Below, piece after piece: positions 10,327 through 22,133 of a DNA stretch of 64,000 bases. The notes beneath the pieces are model-generated. The model was not told the DNA's origin and did not search any database. It worked only from the letters and a program-made list of their open reading frames with translations. Location: positions 20,088,001-20,152,000 of the forward strand of contig OX597821.1 in assembly GCA_951406725.2 (NCBI GenBank). Direction: 5' to 3'. How positions within the stretch are numbered: the stretch's first letter is position 1; every line of letters starts with the position of its first letter. This stretch comes from Octopus vulgaris. Lineage: Eukaryota. The translations under genes and the position numbers were made by a program.

Positions 10327-12594
10327 ATACCAACCCCGAAAAACCAAAAACTAGTGAATCTTTCTAACATAAACCTGTCGACACCACAAATAAAAATCCT
10401 TTCAAGAGGACTAAAATTCACCCCAACTCCGCAATACCCTAACCTGAGGGAAATACAGGATGACATCTCACACTTTTGCAGAAAATTACGCCTCACAGAG
10501 GAATTTTTTGACAGGAAAACTAATAATAACGACGAATCAATGGTCCGTAACAAAAGCAGCTATAATCCCATAAAAGGCAAAAACAAAACCTTAGACAAAT
10601 TTTGCGATTACATCTCAAACTTCCCTTATGGTGAACTCCCACAACCTAAACTCAAACCCAACACCAGTAAAAGAGAATGGGAAATCATCCATACGCTACG
10701 AGACAATCATGACGTCACAATAAAGGAAGCTGATAAGGGTAGTATGGTAGTTATTATGAATACTGAGCAGTATAAAAACTCTGTATCTCTCCTTTTAGAG
10801 GATACCACATACTATGAAAGAGTAGTCGACTACCAGCAATCCAAAACAATGACCAAACTGAAAGCACTCATTTACCAACACCGGAATGACTTAACAGCAA
10901 AGGAATGCGACTACATTACAATCTTTAATTGCAAAACCAGCACACTCTATGGGCTTCCAAAAATACACAAGAGTCAAATTATCACAGAAGTTTGCAAAAA
11001 GTCCACTTCAACCTGCATCACTATACCACATCCCACTGATCTAAAACTGAGACCAATAGTGGCAGGCCCAAGTTGTGAAACACACAGACTTAGCAACTTT
11101 ATAGATATCATCTTAAAGCCAATACTGAAACACCTTCCAAGTATTGTAAGAGATGACCTGGACCTATTAAATCATCTCCCCAAACATACCGACAAAGACA
11201 CTTTAATCGTTTCCTTTGATGTAATTAATCTTTACACCACAATCCCACATGAATATGGACTGGAAGCCATTAAATTCTGGCTGGATAAATATTCCAATGA
11301 GATCCCAGAAAGAATTAAAAAAGAATTCATAATTGAGGGCCTCAAATTTATTCTGCAAAACAACTTCATGTATTTCCACAACAACACATACAGACAGGTT
11401 TCAGGAACTGCAATGGGTACGAAAGTTGCACCTACCTATGCAAACCTGGTGATGGCCTACCTGGAATCACGTATCTATGAAAAATCGAAATATAAGTACG
11501 GCCAGTCTTTTCACAAATACCTGTTGGAGAAATGGAAACGCTACTTAGATGATTGCCTCATCCTATGGTCCCACACACTCGACCAACTTATAGACTTCAA
11601 AAACCTTATCAACAGTGTAAATAACAACATTCAATTCACAATGGAATATAGTCAGGACCAACTCCCTTTTCTTGACATTCTAATCATTAAAAAAGGCGTC
11701 AACATTGAAACTGACATCCATTACAAACCCACTGACTCTAAACAATACCTTCTATTCACCTCCAATCACCCAAAACACACAAAGATAAATATCCCTTTCA
11801 ACCTAGCGAGAAGAATCTGCACTATTTTCTCAAATGACACAACACGAAATAGAAGACTCCGGGAACTAAGGGCAATTCTTCTCGAAAGACATTACCCGGC
11901 ATCACTTGTAGACAACGGAATAGAACGGGCCAAATTAATCAACACTCAAGACCTACGAAAACCCAAACACATCCACAGTACAGTAAATAGCCTCCCCTCT
12001 CTCTCAACACACAACCCAAGGAATGCAGAAGCTTACACTATTATATACAACAACATTCCACAACTAAATCAAGACCCACGCCTGAAAAAAATACTGGCAG
12101 CTCATAAAATAATAAAAAATAAGAGACAACCTAAATCCCTAAAAAACCTCCTCACCAACGCAAAATTACACAACACAAACCCACCGCCCACCATCAAAAT
12201 ATGTGGTCGCCCCAACTGCAGGACTTGCATCCACCTCATTGAGGGATCGACGTACAAATTCCACTCGGGACACACATTCATCATAAAAAATAATTTCACG
12301 TGCGCATCAAAAAATTTACTCTACGTCATAAGGTGTGAAGGATGCCACGATGACTACATAGGGCAAACAAGCCTTACCCTCAGAGAAAGAATGACAGTTC
12401 ACCGACAACAACAGAGGGACCCCTCCACAAGACAGATACCACTAAGTGGACACTTAGACCTTTGTGCACACAATAAGTACCCCAAATTCTTAGTCTTCCC
12501 ACTATACCAATGCTCGGACACCACAGACCAAACACGAATAAATAGGGAAAGAAATCTTATTCAAAAATACAGACCACAACTAAACATACTCTAA
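10327..12594 (+). CDS. PLE-2 reverse transcriptase / GIY-YIG endonuclease, uninterrupted
   Basis: IKEADKG, LYGLPKIHK, SFDVINLYT, GTAMGT, RYLDD, LPFLD, CGRPNCRTC linker, LYVIRCEGC..YIGQT. Open from the codon after the TAG at 10324-10326; first ATG only at 10540. Confidence 0.95.
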   Translation: MPTPKNQKLVNLSNINLSTPQIKILSRGLKFTPTPQYPNLREIQDDISHFCRKLRLTEEFFDRKTNNNDESMVRNKSSYNPIKGKNKTLDKFCDYISNFPYGELPQPKLKPNTSKREWEIIHTLRDNHDVTIKEADKGSMVVIMNTEQYKNSVSLLLEDTTYYERVVDYQQSKTMTKLKALIYQHRNDLTAKECDYITIFNCKTSTLYGLPKIHKSQIITEVCKKSTSTCITIPHPTDLKLRPIVAGPSCETHRLSNFIDIILKPILKHLPSIVRDDLDLLNHLPKHTDKDTLIVSFDVINLYTTIPHEYGLEAIKFWLDKYSNEIPERIKKEFIIEGLKFILQNNFMYFHNNTYRQVSGTAMGTKVAPTYANLVMAYLESRIYEKSKYKYGQSFHKYLLEKWKRYLDDCLILWSHTLDQLIDFKNLINSVNNNIQFTMEYSQDQLPFLDILIIKKGVNIETDIHYKPTDSKQYLLFTSNHPKHTKINIPFNLARRICTIFSNDTTRNRRLRELRAILLERHYPASLVDNGIERAKLINTQDLRKPKHIHSTVNSLPSLSTHNPRNAEAYTIIYNNIPQLNQDPRLKKILAAHKIIKNKRQPKSLKNLLTNAKLHNTNPPPTIKICGRPNCRTCIHLIEGSTYKFHSGHTFIIKNNFTCASKNLLYVIRCEGCHDDYIGQTSLTLRERMTVHRQQQRDPSTRQIPLSGHLDLCAHNKYPKFLVFPLYQCSDTTDQTRINRERNLIQKYRPQLNIL

Positions 12595-12739
12595 CATACC
12601 CCCTAGGCACACATCCAGAGCAAGCACACAGGGACACGCGCACACTCGCAGCATATCGTGCGGGCGGACACATGCGCGCATCGGCACACATAGGGCACAC
12701 TAGCGGGCATTGACCGCACACATACGCGGCATGCACACG

Positions 12740-12808
12740 CATGCATTATATATATGTAGGTTATGTATGTGTGTGAGTGTAGTGTGTGTGTGTGTGTGTG
12801 TGCGCGCG

Positions 12809-12842
<34 letters not shown>

Positions 12843-12893
12843 ACTGTGTGTGTGTGTGCATTGTGTGCGTGTGTATGTATTTACATGTGTATT

Positions 12894-12947
<54 letters not shown>

Positions 12948-13046
12948 TGTGTGTGTGTATGCATGGTATGTATGTATATGTGAGTACATTGTTTGTGTGT
13001 GTGCGGTATATAGAGATATATATGTGTGTGTACGCTATAGGTATAT

Positions 13047-13085
<39 letters not shown>

Positions 13086-13715
13086 TTTATATATATATGT
13101 GTGTGTATGTGTGTGAATATATATATATATATATGCATATATATGTGTGTATAAATATGTGCATTATTTGCATGTGCATTGTGTATATGTATATTGTAGG
13201 TGTCTTATATATGCATGAATACATGCATATACGTTGCATGTATATATATGTATACATTGTATGTATGTATATTGTGTGTATATGTGGTATATTTATGTAT
13301 GTGTATGTAAACACTATTTATATGTAAATATGTATATATGTATATGCATTGTCTATATATATATATTATATGTATGTATTGTGTATGTATATTGTATGTA
13401 TATATTGTGTATGTTTATTATATATTTGCTGTGTATGTGTATTGTATGTATATATGTGCTAGGTATATTTGTGTTATATTTATATTATGTATGTATGTGT
13501 GCGTGTGTTGTTTGTGTGTGTGGGTGTGTTGTGTGTGTGTGTGTTATATATAAATACATGTTATATTTGTGTGCTGTGTTTGTATATTATATATGTGTGT
13601 GCGTTGTGTATGTGTGTGTTCTGTATGTGTTCTGTATGTGTGTGTGTTGTGTGTGTGTGTTGTGTGTTTGTGTATGATGTGTGTGTGTGTGTATGTTGTG
13701 TGTGTGTATGTGTGT
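12740..13715 (+). repeat. (TG)/(TA) compound microsatellite forming the PLE-2 3' UTR (mirror copy at ~4755-5850)
   Basis: The same mosaic pattern is present in both arms of the element. Confidence 0.85.
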
Positions 13716-13802
13716 GACAAACAGACGCCGTCTGACCAGATACTACGGGCACACAGACACATCTATTCACACACACGCAGAGAGACACACAAACTCACCT
13801 CA

Positions 13803-14416
13803 TGATAACCCCAAAATCATTGATGCTTGAAGGGAAGCCATAAACTGAACAGAACGGGTACAATTCTCTAAATTCAACATTTCTGCTAAAACGAACAGGT
13901 CAGTAAAAACAAACTCTCGCTTTCAATTCATAATATTCTGTACGGACCCTGAGATGTATAATATATTCATTTTAATTTTTTCTGTCAATTTTTCAAATAT
14001 TCTCACCATACTATTGCACTTCCTTATGTCTTTAACATGTCCTTTTTGCCAAAGACTGTATATATATACATGTAATGTGACAATTTGCAACAGCCAATAA
14101 TTAACGCAACCAAATTTCCAATAATATATTTGTTTTATTCTTTTCTGCCAATTTTTCCAAATATTCTCATCACACTGTTGAACTTCTTTATGCCCTTAAC
14201 ATATCCCTGTTACCAAACACTATATTTATACATGTAATGTGACAATTACAAAATTACAAAAAACTTTTTTGAATTCATAATATTCAATGTGGCAATTATG
14301 TAAAAAACTTTTTTGAATTCATAGTATTCTATGTTACTTTTGAGAATCTTTTTCCAAAGAGTGAAACCGGTTAAGTAAATAAACATCTTTTAAATTGCAT
14401 TTTCAAACCTTCTTTC

Positions 14417-14423
<7 letters not shown>
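13803..14423 (+). repeat. 3' pseudo-LTR of PLE-2
   Basis: Direct repeat of 8347-8964; ends in CTTCTTTCG(TA)n. Confidence 0.9.
14335..14377 (+). ncRNA. Atypical hammerhead-like motif in 3' pLTR
   Basis: TACTT-TTGAGAA-TCTTT ttcc AAAGA GT-GAAAC CG GTT-AAGTA. Confidence 0.6.
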
Positions 14424-14476
<53 letters not shown>

Positions 14477-14882
14477 TCTCTTACTCTTTTACTTGTTTCA
14501 GTCATTTGACTGAAGCCATGCTGGAGCACCGCCTTTTAACCGAGAAACTCGACCCCGGGACTTATTCTTTTGTAAGCCCAGTACTTATTCTATCGGTCTC
14601 TTTTGCCGAACCGCTAATGAACGGGGGACATAAACACACCAGCATCGGTTGTCAAACAATGCTAGGGGGACAAACACACACACACAAACGCACACACGCA
14701 TATATATATACATATATACGACAGGCTTCTTTCAGTTTCAGTCTACCAAATCCACTCACAAGGTATTGGTCGGCCCGGGGCTATAGCAGAAGACACTTGC
14801 CCTAGATGCCACGCAGTGGGACTGAACCCGGAACCATGTGGTTTGTTAGCAAGCTACTTATCACACAGCCACTCCTGCGCCT
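14477..14882 (-). mobile_element. tRNA-derived SINE, family A
   Basis: Minus-strand head GGCGCAGGAGTGGCTGTG..GGTTCCGGGTTCAGTCCC (A/B boxes); related copies elsewhere in the window. Confidence 0.85.
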
Positions 14883-14904
14883 ATATATATATGTGTATAT
14901 ATAA

Positions 14905-15183
14905 ATGGATGAATGAAGTATCCTTTGTTTACCGTTAACATGGAAAATTCAATAAACAGTTACCAGGGTAGCAAAATTCACGCAAGTAACATGAATGTAG
15001 AAACCTATTCAAAGATAGAAACTCCGGGTTAATGTGCAGTAATTTGTGTAGTATAAGTAAATAAATGGAGTTGAACGCAGATGTTATTAAAATTCTTTTA
15101 CTTTCGACATATGTTTCGAAACATATGTCGAAAGTACAAGAATTTTAATAACTTCTGCGATCAACTCCATTTATTTACTTATA
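14905..15183. mobile_element. Small foldback pLTR remnant with spacerless palindrome 15052-15183
   Basis: 66-bp arms centred on GTTTC|GAAAC; TA-rich flanks. Confidence 0.7.
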
Positions 15184-15714
15184 TATATATATAAATGAGT
15201 ATATATATATATGTATATATATATATGTATACATGCACGCGCACATATACCTCACATATACCTCCCACACACACCACACACATACATGTACGCACAAACA
15301 CATGTACACATACGCATACACACACACATACATACGCACGCGCATACACGCGCGCACACACATGGATGCATATGTATTTAACCTATACCTTTCACACACA
15401 CGCACACACACACTCATTCACACGTATGCGCGCACACGCAGAGGAATGCACATATACCTACGGCGCAAAATCCCACGCACACACAGACAGGAACGTACAT
15501 AGAAGTCCACACACACCCAACCCTACGCTCACACACATGTACACACGGAACGACGCACACACGCACAGACATAAACGCGCACACAACACCTTACAAAACA
15601 CACACACATACAGCATATACAAACACACGAGAACACACTTCAAACTGCCAGTCAAACCCCTTTCTACTGACCATTCCTCTACACACATGTGAAGAAACAC
15701 ACAACTACACAAAA

Positions 15715-15875
15715 TACCTATTTCTTTACTACCCACTAAACACAGAGGGGACAAAAAAGGACAGACAAAGGGATTAAGTCGATTACATCGACTTAATTTA
15801 TCGACCCCGAAAGGAAAGGCAAAGTCGACCTCGGCGGAATTTGAGCTCAGAACGTAGCGACGGTCGAAATACCGC
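15715..15875 (-). mobile_element. tRNA-derived SINE family B fragment
   Basis: GAAAGGCAAAGTCGACCTCGGCGGAATTTGAGCTCAGAACG matches the reverse complement of the 35907 copy. Confidence 0.75.
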
Positions 15876-16215
15876 GAACAACTACACAAAATACCATCAC
15901 TTCTGTTACTATGCTGCTGAATTCTTCCTGCAGCATTAAGAGACACAAAGTTCACTCACACATACACATATAAACAGCCAACACCACACAAACACCATAC
16001 ACACATCACATACATACGCATACACACACAGACTTGCGCACACGCATACACCTACACATGCATATAGATACCGTTTACACTTCCACTCTCCTGTTTTAGA
16101 AAGAACTTTTCCTTCACCTGTTCCCTTCCGGTCATTTCAAAATATAGCTACATGTAGAATATTGGCGATTTTTTCCCTCTGTCTTCTTTTTCTCTTGGAC
16201 TTTCCTTCGTCTCCT

Positions 16216-16250
16216 GTTTCTGAAGAAGAGCTTTGCTTGAAATGTAAAAC
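16216..16250 (+). ncRNA. Degenerate minimal hammerhead motif in a probable solo pLTR (~16070-16340)
   Basis: GTTT-CTGAAGA-A-GAGC ttt GCTT-GAAATGTA-AAAC. Confidence 0.6.
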
Positions 16251-16474
16251 CACCTGTCTTTCCTTTCCTGAGCTTCGGCTAATACTTTGCATGTACCACG
16301 TACTCACGTTGTTGCTTTTTCTAGTGTTTGTCATACGTTTTATTTTTTTTGGGGGGGGGAGGGGTGAACAGTGAATACCATAAAATAAACATTAATAGTA
16401 TTTACTATTAAGTACAATGACCATTGTCTTTTCCAGACAAAGTGAGGTAAACTTTGTCGTAATTTCTGTACATA

Positions 16475-16989
16475 TCTATATATATAAAACTGTAGTTGTG
16501 TGAGTGTCTGTCCCCTTCGATTTAGATTCCTAACTACTCCCACGTTTTACGGTGCAGTTTAACCAAATTCGGGTATCTTATAGTCGTGATTCATATCGAG
16601 ACCGTCTGGCTATTAGCGCGCGTCTACGATGAGACTACGATTTTAAAAATAATTTAACATCATTTTTTATTCCATTTTAATGCATAATTTTTCGTGTGTC
16701 GATGGCGGCGGAGTTGGCGTCCACGCTCACAGCTGCACCTGTGTTGCTTTTCCCCCCTTCTTCCCTCCCTCGTGAAGCTGTGGGGAAGGGAGTGTACGGA
16801 AATCAACGTCGTAAAGCGTTGTCAAGGAGACCAGCGTTCTTTTAGAACAACGACTTCATGGCTTGAAGACACCAAAACAGAAATGGCTAAGAAAGCCCGA
16901 ATTGGCATCTATAAGGGAAGTAACTCTCTAAAAATGCTTATATAGTTATTTCCCCTACAAACCCGAGCAACGCCGGGCGATACTGCTAG
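16475..16989 (+). mobile_element. Non-autonomous Helitron
   Basis: A|TC start, subterminal hairpin CCCGAGCAACGCCGGG, CTAG|T end. Confidence 0.8.
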
Positions 16990-17375
16990 TTTATATATAA
17001 AAGTGAAGTTGTGTGTCTGTCTCCTAAGATTTAGATTCCTAACTACTCCCACATTTTGCGGTGCAGTTTAACCAAAACCGGGTATCTTATAGTGGTGATT
17101 CATATCGAGCCCGTCTGCGTATTAGCGCGCGTCTACGATGAGTCTACGATTTTAGAAATAATTTTTTTCCATTTTAATGCATTTTTTTCGCTATTATATA
17201 AGGGAAGTAACTCTCTAAAAATGTCTACGATGAGTAAACGATTTTTAAAAAAAATTACCATCATTTTTTTCCATTTTTAATGCATTTTTTTGCTATTCTT
17301 TGGCTATAACTCTCTAAAAATGCTTATATAGTTATTTCCCTTACAAACCCGAGCAACGCCGGGCGGTACTTCTAG
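16990..17375 (+). mobile_element. Non-autonomous Helitron, tandem second unit
   Basis: Same 5' region, hairpin and CTAG|T end; abuts the first unit. Confidence 0.8.
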
Positions 17376-17384
17376 TTTAATATA

Positions 17385-17910
17385 AATTTGTTCCTATTTT
17401 CGTAGCCTATTCTGACTTTACAAGCTTTTATCACTAAATTTATAGCATGCTTGATTCTTTGGGTATGACAGAGAAAAGGTATAGTCTATGACAATTAAGA
17501 GGTATCCGCTATGGCAGTCAAACTTCTTATTTATTTGTCATAACACGTGCAGATGCATATATCAAACATTTCATTGAACTCCTCGAATTTCTTATCAAAA
17601 AGATCTCCATTTTGCTTGATAGGTATTTTGTGTAATTTATTAACAGATTCAGTCAATCTCTCAAGTTTTTAAAGCTATTCCCTCTAACCCAATGTAAGGA
17701 AAATAAAATTTGTCCCAAATTGTTCGTACATCAGCAGCAACAATCCGGTAGCATTCTTTCGTTGTGGGTGGGGTTTTGATATCTGTTCTTCACGTTATTT
17801 TTTTTCATGTATAAATAATGTCAGTATGCATCAGCCTTTGAGGGGATCATTATTGTAAGATTTGCTGCAGGAAATCCAAATGCAGACTTACGGCTTTTAC
17901 TTCTAGTTGC
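17385..17910 (-). pseudogene. Highly decayed coding fragment, possibly DNA-transposon derived
   Basis: Minus-strand translation gives patches such as AADVRTIWDKFYFPYI and EMFDICICTC, with stops and frameshifts. Confidence 0.3.
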
Positions 17911-18415
17911 CACTGTATAATTTTATATACTTTCATTATTACAGTTTAAATTTACGTAGGTATTCTCGTAAAATTATAATACAATTTATCTCTGAAATAA
18001 TCTCAAAAGCAAAAGATCATTTAACAAATGTATAGATTTTCGAACAAAAATTCATTTAACACATATTGAAAAGTTGTAATTTTACCAGGTTCGAGGGATA
18101 TCTACCTACAGATTATCTTATATCTCAATGTTTTTGCTATCTTTGCTCATCAGATGTTTCAAACTATGTTTCTACAGTGAAATATGATAAAAATGTTTCA
18201 TATCCATAAGCGATTTAATATATACATGTAAGAGATTATATGATTGATATAGAAAATTAGGGTATTTAATTCTGAGGAGAGAATGAGAGGTGTACGGGGT
18301 GGTGGGATCACATAACCCTAATCTTCATATATCTTATTTAAAATACTATTTGAAACTGTGAATACAGCGGAATTAAAGTACCTTAAAAATTTTGTTTCGA
18401 CACCCGCTTATATGA

Positions 18416-18473
<58 letters not shown>

Positions 18474-19703
18474 TTATACATTCATAGATACATGCATACA
18501 TATATAGATATATAAATACATATATGCATACATACATATCGTATGCTATACGAGTGTGCCTGAATTTCCTGTTAATTTTTTACATTTATTTAGTAATTAT
18601 ATCTATGTGCATACAATCCTATATACACGAATATACATATACATACACACGCGCGCTCACGTACATGCACACGCACATGCACACACACAAACATATTCTT
18701 GCTATTTGGAATTTGATGACTCACGCCATTGTCACTTGGTGCTACACACATGCAAAGTAGACTAATAAGCAAGTAGCTAAGTAACGTTATACAATGCACT
18801 GAGTGCTCCTCACTGGATATTCTGTAGTTGAATTTGTGAGTGTGGAGCATGCGCGCCCGCATCTGTATATTTGTGCTTATATGTGTGTCTCCTTGCGTTA
18901 TTTCTATCTTCGTGTATCTAAAGATAATGCCCGCATAACAACACAGTAGGAATTATCACGTGCCATAAATATTTCCATCGTAGCTGGTACGCTCATATTG
19001 ATTGTAACGTATTCGTATATAATGTAGCATGAAATGATCTTCAGTTGAAAAGGTTTTATCTATGAATGAAATAACGAATCACTCAGGCATAACTTGTTAA
19101 TCCTCTCTTTACGTGTTAGTCCCATTTGAAATGTTCCATACACAGATCTACACACACATGCTTGCACGCACACACGTACGCACAGACACACACACACACA
19201 CACACATACCACATACCGCCATAGCACGACCATTCCGAAACTGATTAAATGGAAGCCATTTATGATTTTCAATACTTTCTCAAAGTAATATCAATAGGTA
19301 GACGATAAAATCAGTTTGTAATTAAGCAAAATAGTTTAGCATAGAGTGAGAGGTTTTCTTAAAAGTAGTTTGAACGTTCTCAGCAAGCATCATTTAGCTC
19401 TCCACGTCCATGGCTTATTGAAATGAAGTAAAAGAGCGTAACCTCTCTAGCAGCTAATGTCTAGTTGAAAATCTAGTTGTATGAATCCATTAATGGTGTT
19501 TCGTGCTGTAAGAGATCAAAAAGTCGAACAAATAGTTTTGTAATATTTCTTCCGGAGAAGAAATATAAGATCATTTCAATTAAACGTGGTGAAGTGTGTT
19601 GTGAAAGTGTTTCTATCAAGGATTCTTACATTCTTTTCTCTTAGCAATTTATGGCTTTAAATGCTGTTCCTGCTTATGCTGCTGCTGCTGCTCCTACAAC
19701 TTT

Positions 19704-19760
<57 letters not shown>

Positions 19761-19800
19761 CGTTTTAACAACTAAAGCAACGAAGACGCTGACGAAGGCA

Positions 19801-19841
<41 letters not shown>

Positions 19842-19949
19842 AACTATTACCGTTGCTGCTGCTGCAGGCTTCCTCACCTACCTCTATCATTATTTATAAA
19901 GCTGAAAAATTATGAACTATTTTAATAATGGACAAGATCAAATAGTCTT

Positions 19950-21490
19950 AATATAATTAAAGGGTAAATAATTTTGCATAAAATAAAAACTAATGCAGAT
20001 AAACAAACTTTCAACAAAATTAGGCAATTAACGGATATTTTAAAGCAATTAAATTAACTAATTTTGAGGTGAAAGCAAATAATTTTTATGAACTGCCAAA
20101 CGTTAATAAATCTATAGAAATACACAACAGGTTAAAGAAACTGCATCATATTTAAAGATTATTAATCATTGCATTTTAAGATGACATCCAATTGTTTCAG
20201 GGAAAAATCAAACACCCAGGGATTAATCAATAGGCTGGACTTTATATTAAATCCATTATTCAAGTTGATTCATAGTCTCATCGACAATGACATCAACGAT
20301 TAACATTACATTCCAAATACAGAGAATACAAATATGGGCTTGGTAGATTTCGATGTGGCCAGTCTGTACACATATATCCTAATAGACTACGAGAAGAGAT
20401 AGTATTATTTGGGAAAGGGAAATACTCACTTGTAATTCAGGAGAGATTCACAAATGAATTCAGACTAAAATGATTACGATTGGTGCTTTATTTTTAAATA
20501 AAGTACGATTGGTGCTTTATTTTTAAATACAAATGTAATCGTTAAATAAAGGGGATGACAATGAGCACGGGAACTGCATCCATTTACAATAGGATAAATC
20601 TCTATACTATCGGGGATTGATTTTGACTTGTGACATCGATCGCGTTTCAAAGAAAATTAAGGAAGATATCGGGATTAGTGGTTCATATTTTGGAATAACT
20701 GAATGGGAGAGTATGAATTAATCACATATAACAATCATAAACCGAACCAATCCACAATGGAAATGGGTCAGTGAATTCCCATTTCAGAACATTTTGGTAA
20801 TGAAAGAAAAAAACAACACAGTATTTCTACTTAGCTGTATTACAAAAACATACGCATAGCCCAAAACGGATATTTTAGAACTTGCTATCTATCGTGCTCT
20901 GAAACAGATATCCCATTTAATGATGTAGTCATCGACTGATGTGCACAAAAGAATACTGGGAGAACTGAAATAATACTTAGAGGGAAATAGTATCTGAAGA
21001 AAGAATATTATGTAAAGACCTGTTACGGTATTTATAGTGATCAGGAAAATATTATGATCAAGAATGGGAAGGAATCGAGGGTTATTAGAAATATAATACA
21101 CAAAACAAAAAATATATTATTCACTGTATTACATGCTGACATTGTAATAATAAACATATAGAATATGTAAGAAAAAACATATAGAATATGTAAGAAAAAA
21201 TGTCACATCTTCAAAATAAACGAAAATAATCAGTTACGAAAGTCAAAAGGTAACCATTTTAAAATGATTTTCTATTTAAACATAAAATAAACATGATGAA
21301 AGATGCTAAATTTAGTACGGCAGTGACTACTTTATACAACGCACAACTGAAGAGCTGGAAAAAGCGAAAGTGTTTACACTGAAAATTTCTTCAATTGATG
21401 TTAGTAATCCGTTTGTTCTTCGAAAGATTTCAAAACAAAATTGTAATTCAAAATAATTTTTTCAAATACGATATGTTTGAAAAGAGAGTT
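19950..21490 (+). pseudogene. Old degenerate PLE RT remnant
   Basis: Collinear decayed motifs FYELPNVNKS (~20086), VDFDVASLYTYI (~20343), GMTMSTGTAS (~20552), EFPFQNILV (~20773). Confidence 0.7.
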
Positions 21491-21993
21491 TCTTCATTCC
21501 TTCTTCAATAAATGTATATGCATACATATGCATTCATATATACATACACATCCACACACCCATATATGTATATACATGCACAGATATATGTATTCATATA
21601 CATATACGTATATAAATAAATATATATATATATATATATTATAAAATGAGATAGGGGTTGAAAATTCAACCCACCATGGGATAATATATATCCAATATAC
21701 TGCTAGATAGGTACCCAACAAAATTAATACATAGATGTTAAAAATTGTCAAGCAATCATTTCATCTATTGTATTAAATGGGTAAAGGTAATAATATTACC
21801 GTAAATTAATACTACAAAATTAGAGAATGGAGAAACATACTTAAATCAGTAAAACATCAACTATCCGATGATACTCAATCCATACTTTAATACACCATTA
21901 CATATGAGTAAAGGCAATATATAAAATGAAATGAGATATACAGTAATAGTAAAAAGATAAAGAGATATAAGTAAAAAATTTCAAATATAATAT

Positions 21994-22133
21994 ACAAATA
22001 AATCAAAACTGACAGCTGTTTCGGCAGTGAGGACAGTCATACCTCATTTAACCTATAAGCCATAAAGGCAGGTATAAATGAGGCATTAACAAGGATGCCC
22101 CACGGCCTCTTCAGAGAATTAAATTAAATTTGT
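21994..22133 (-). ncRNA. Type I hammerhead with long stem II (left arm)
   Basis: Reverse complement of 23072-23210. Confidence 0.75.

Larger units (their letters stand above)
4014..14423. mobile_element. PLE-2: composite Neptune-type element (inverted 5'-truncated copy joined to a full-length pLTR-ORF1-RT/EN-3'UTR-pLTR copy) in a (TA)n tract
   Basis: ~4050-8350 is the reverse complement of ~10239-14423; direct pLTRs at 8347-8964 and 13803-14423; (TA)n on both flanks. Confidence 0.93.

Noticed and set aside
8347-14423. LTR retrotransposon (direct terminal repeats, two ORFs)
   Set aside because: No integrase, protease or RNase H, and no TG..CA ends. The RT and GIY-YIG motifs are PLE-type.
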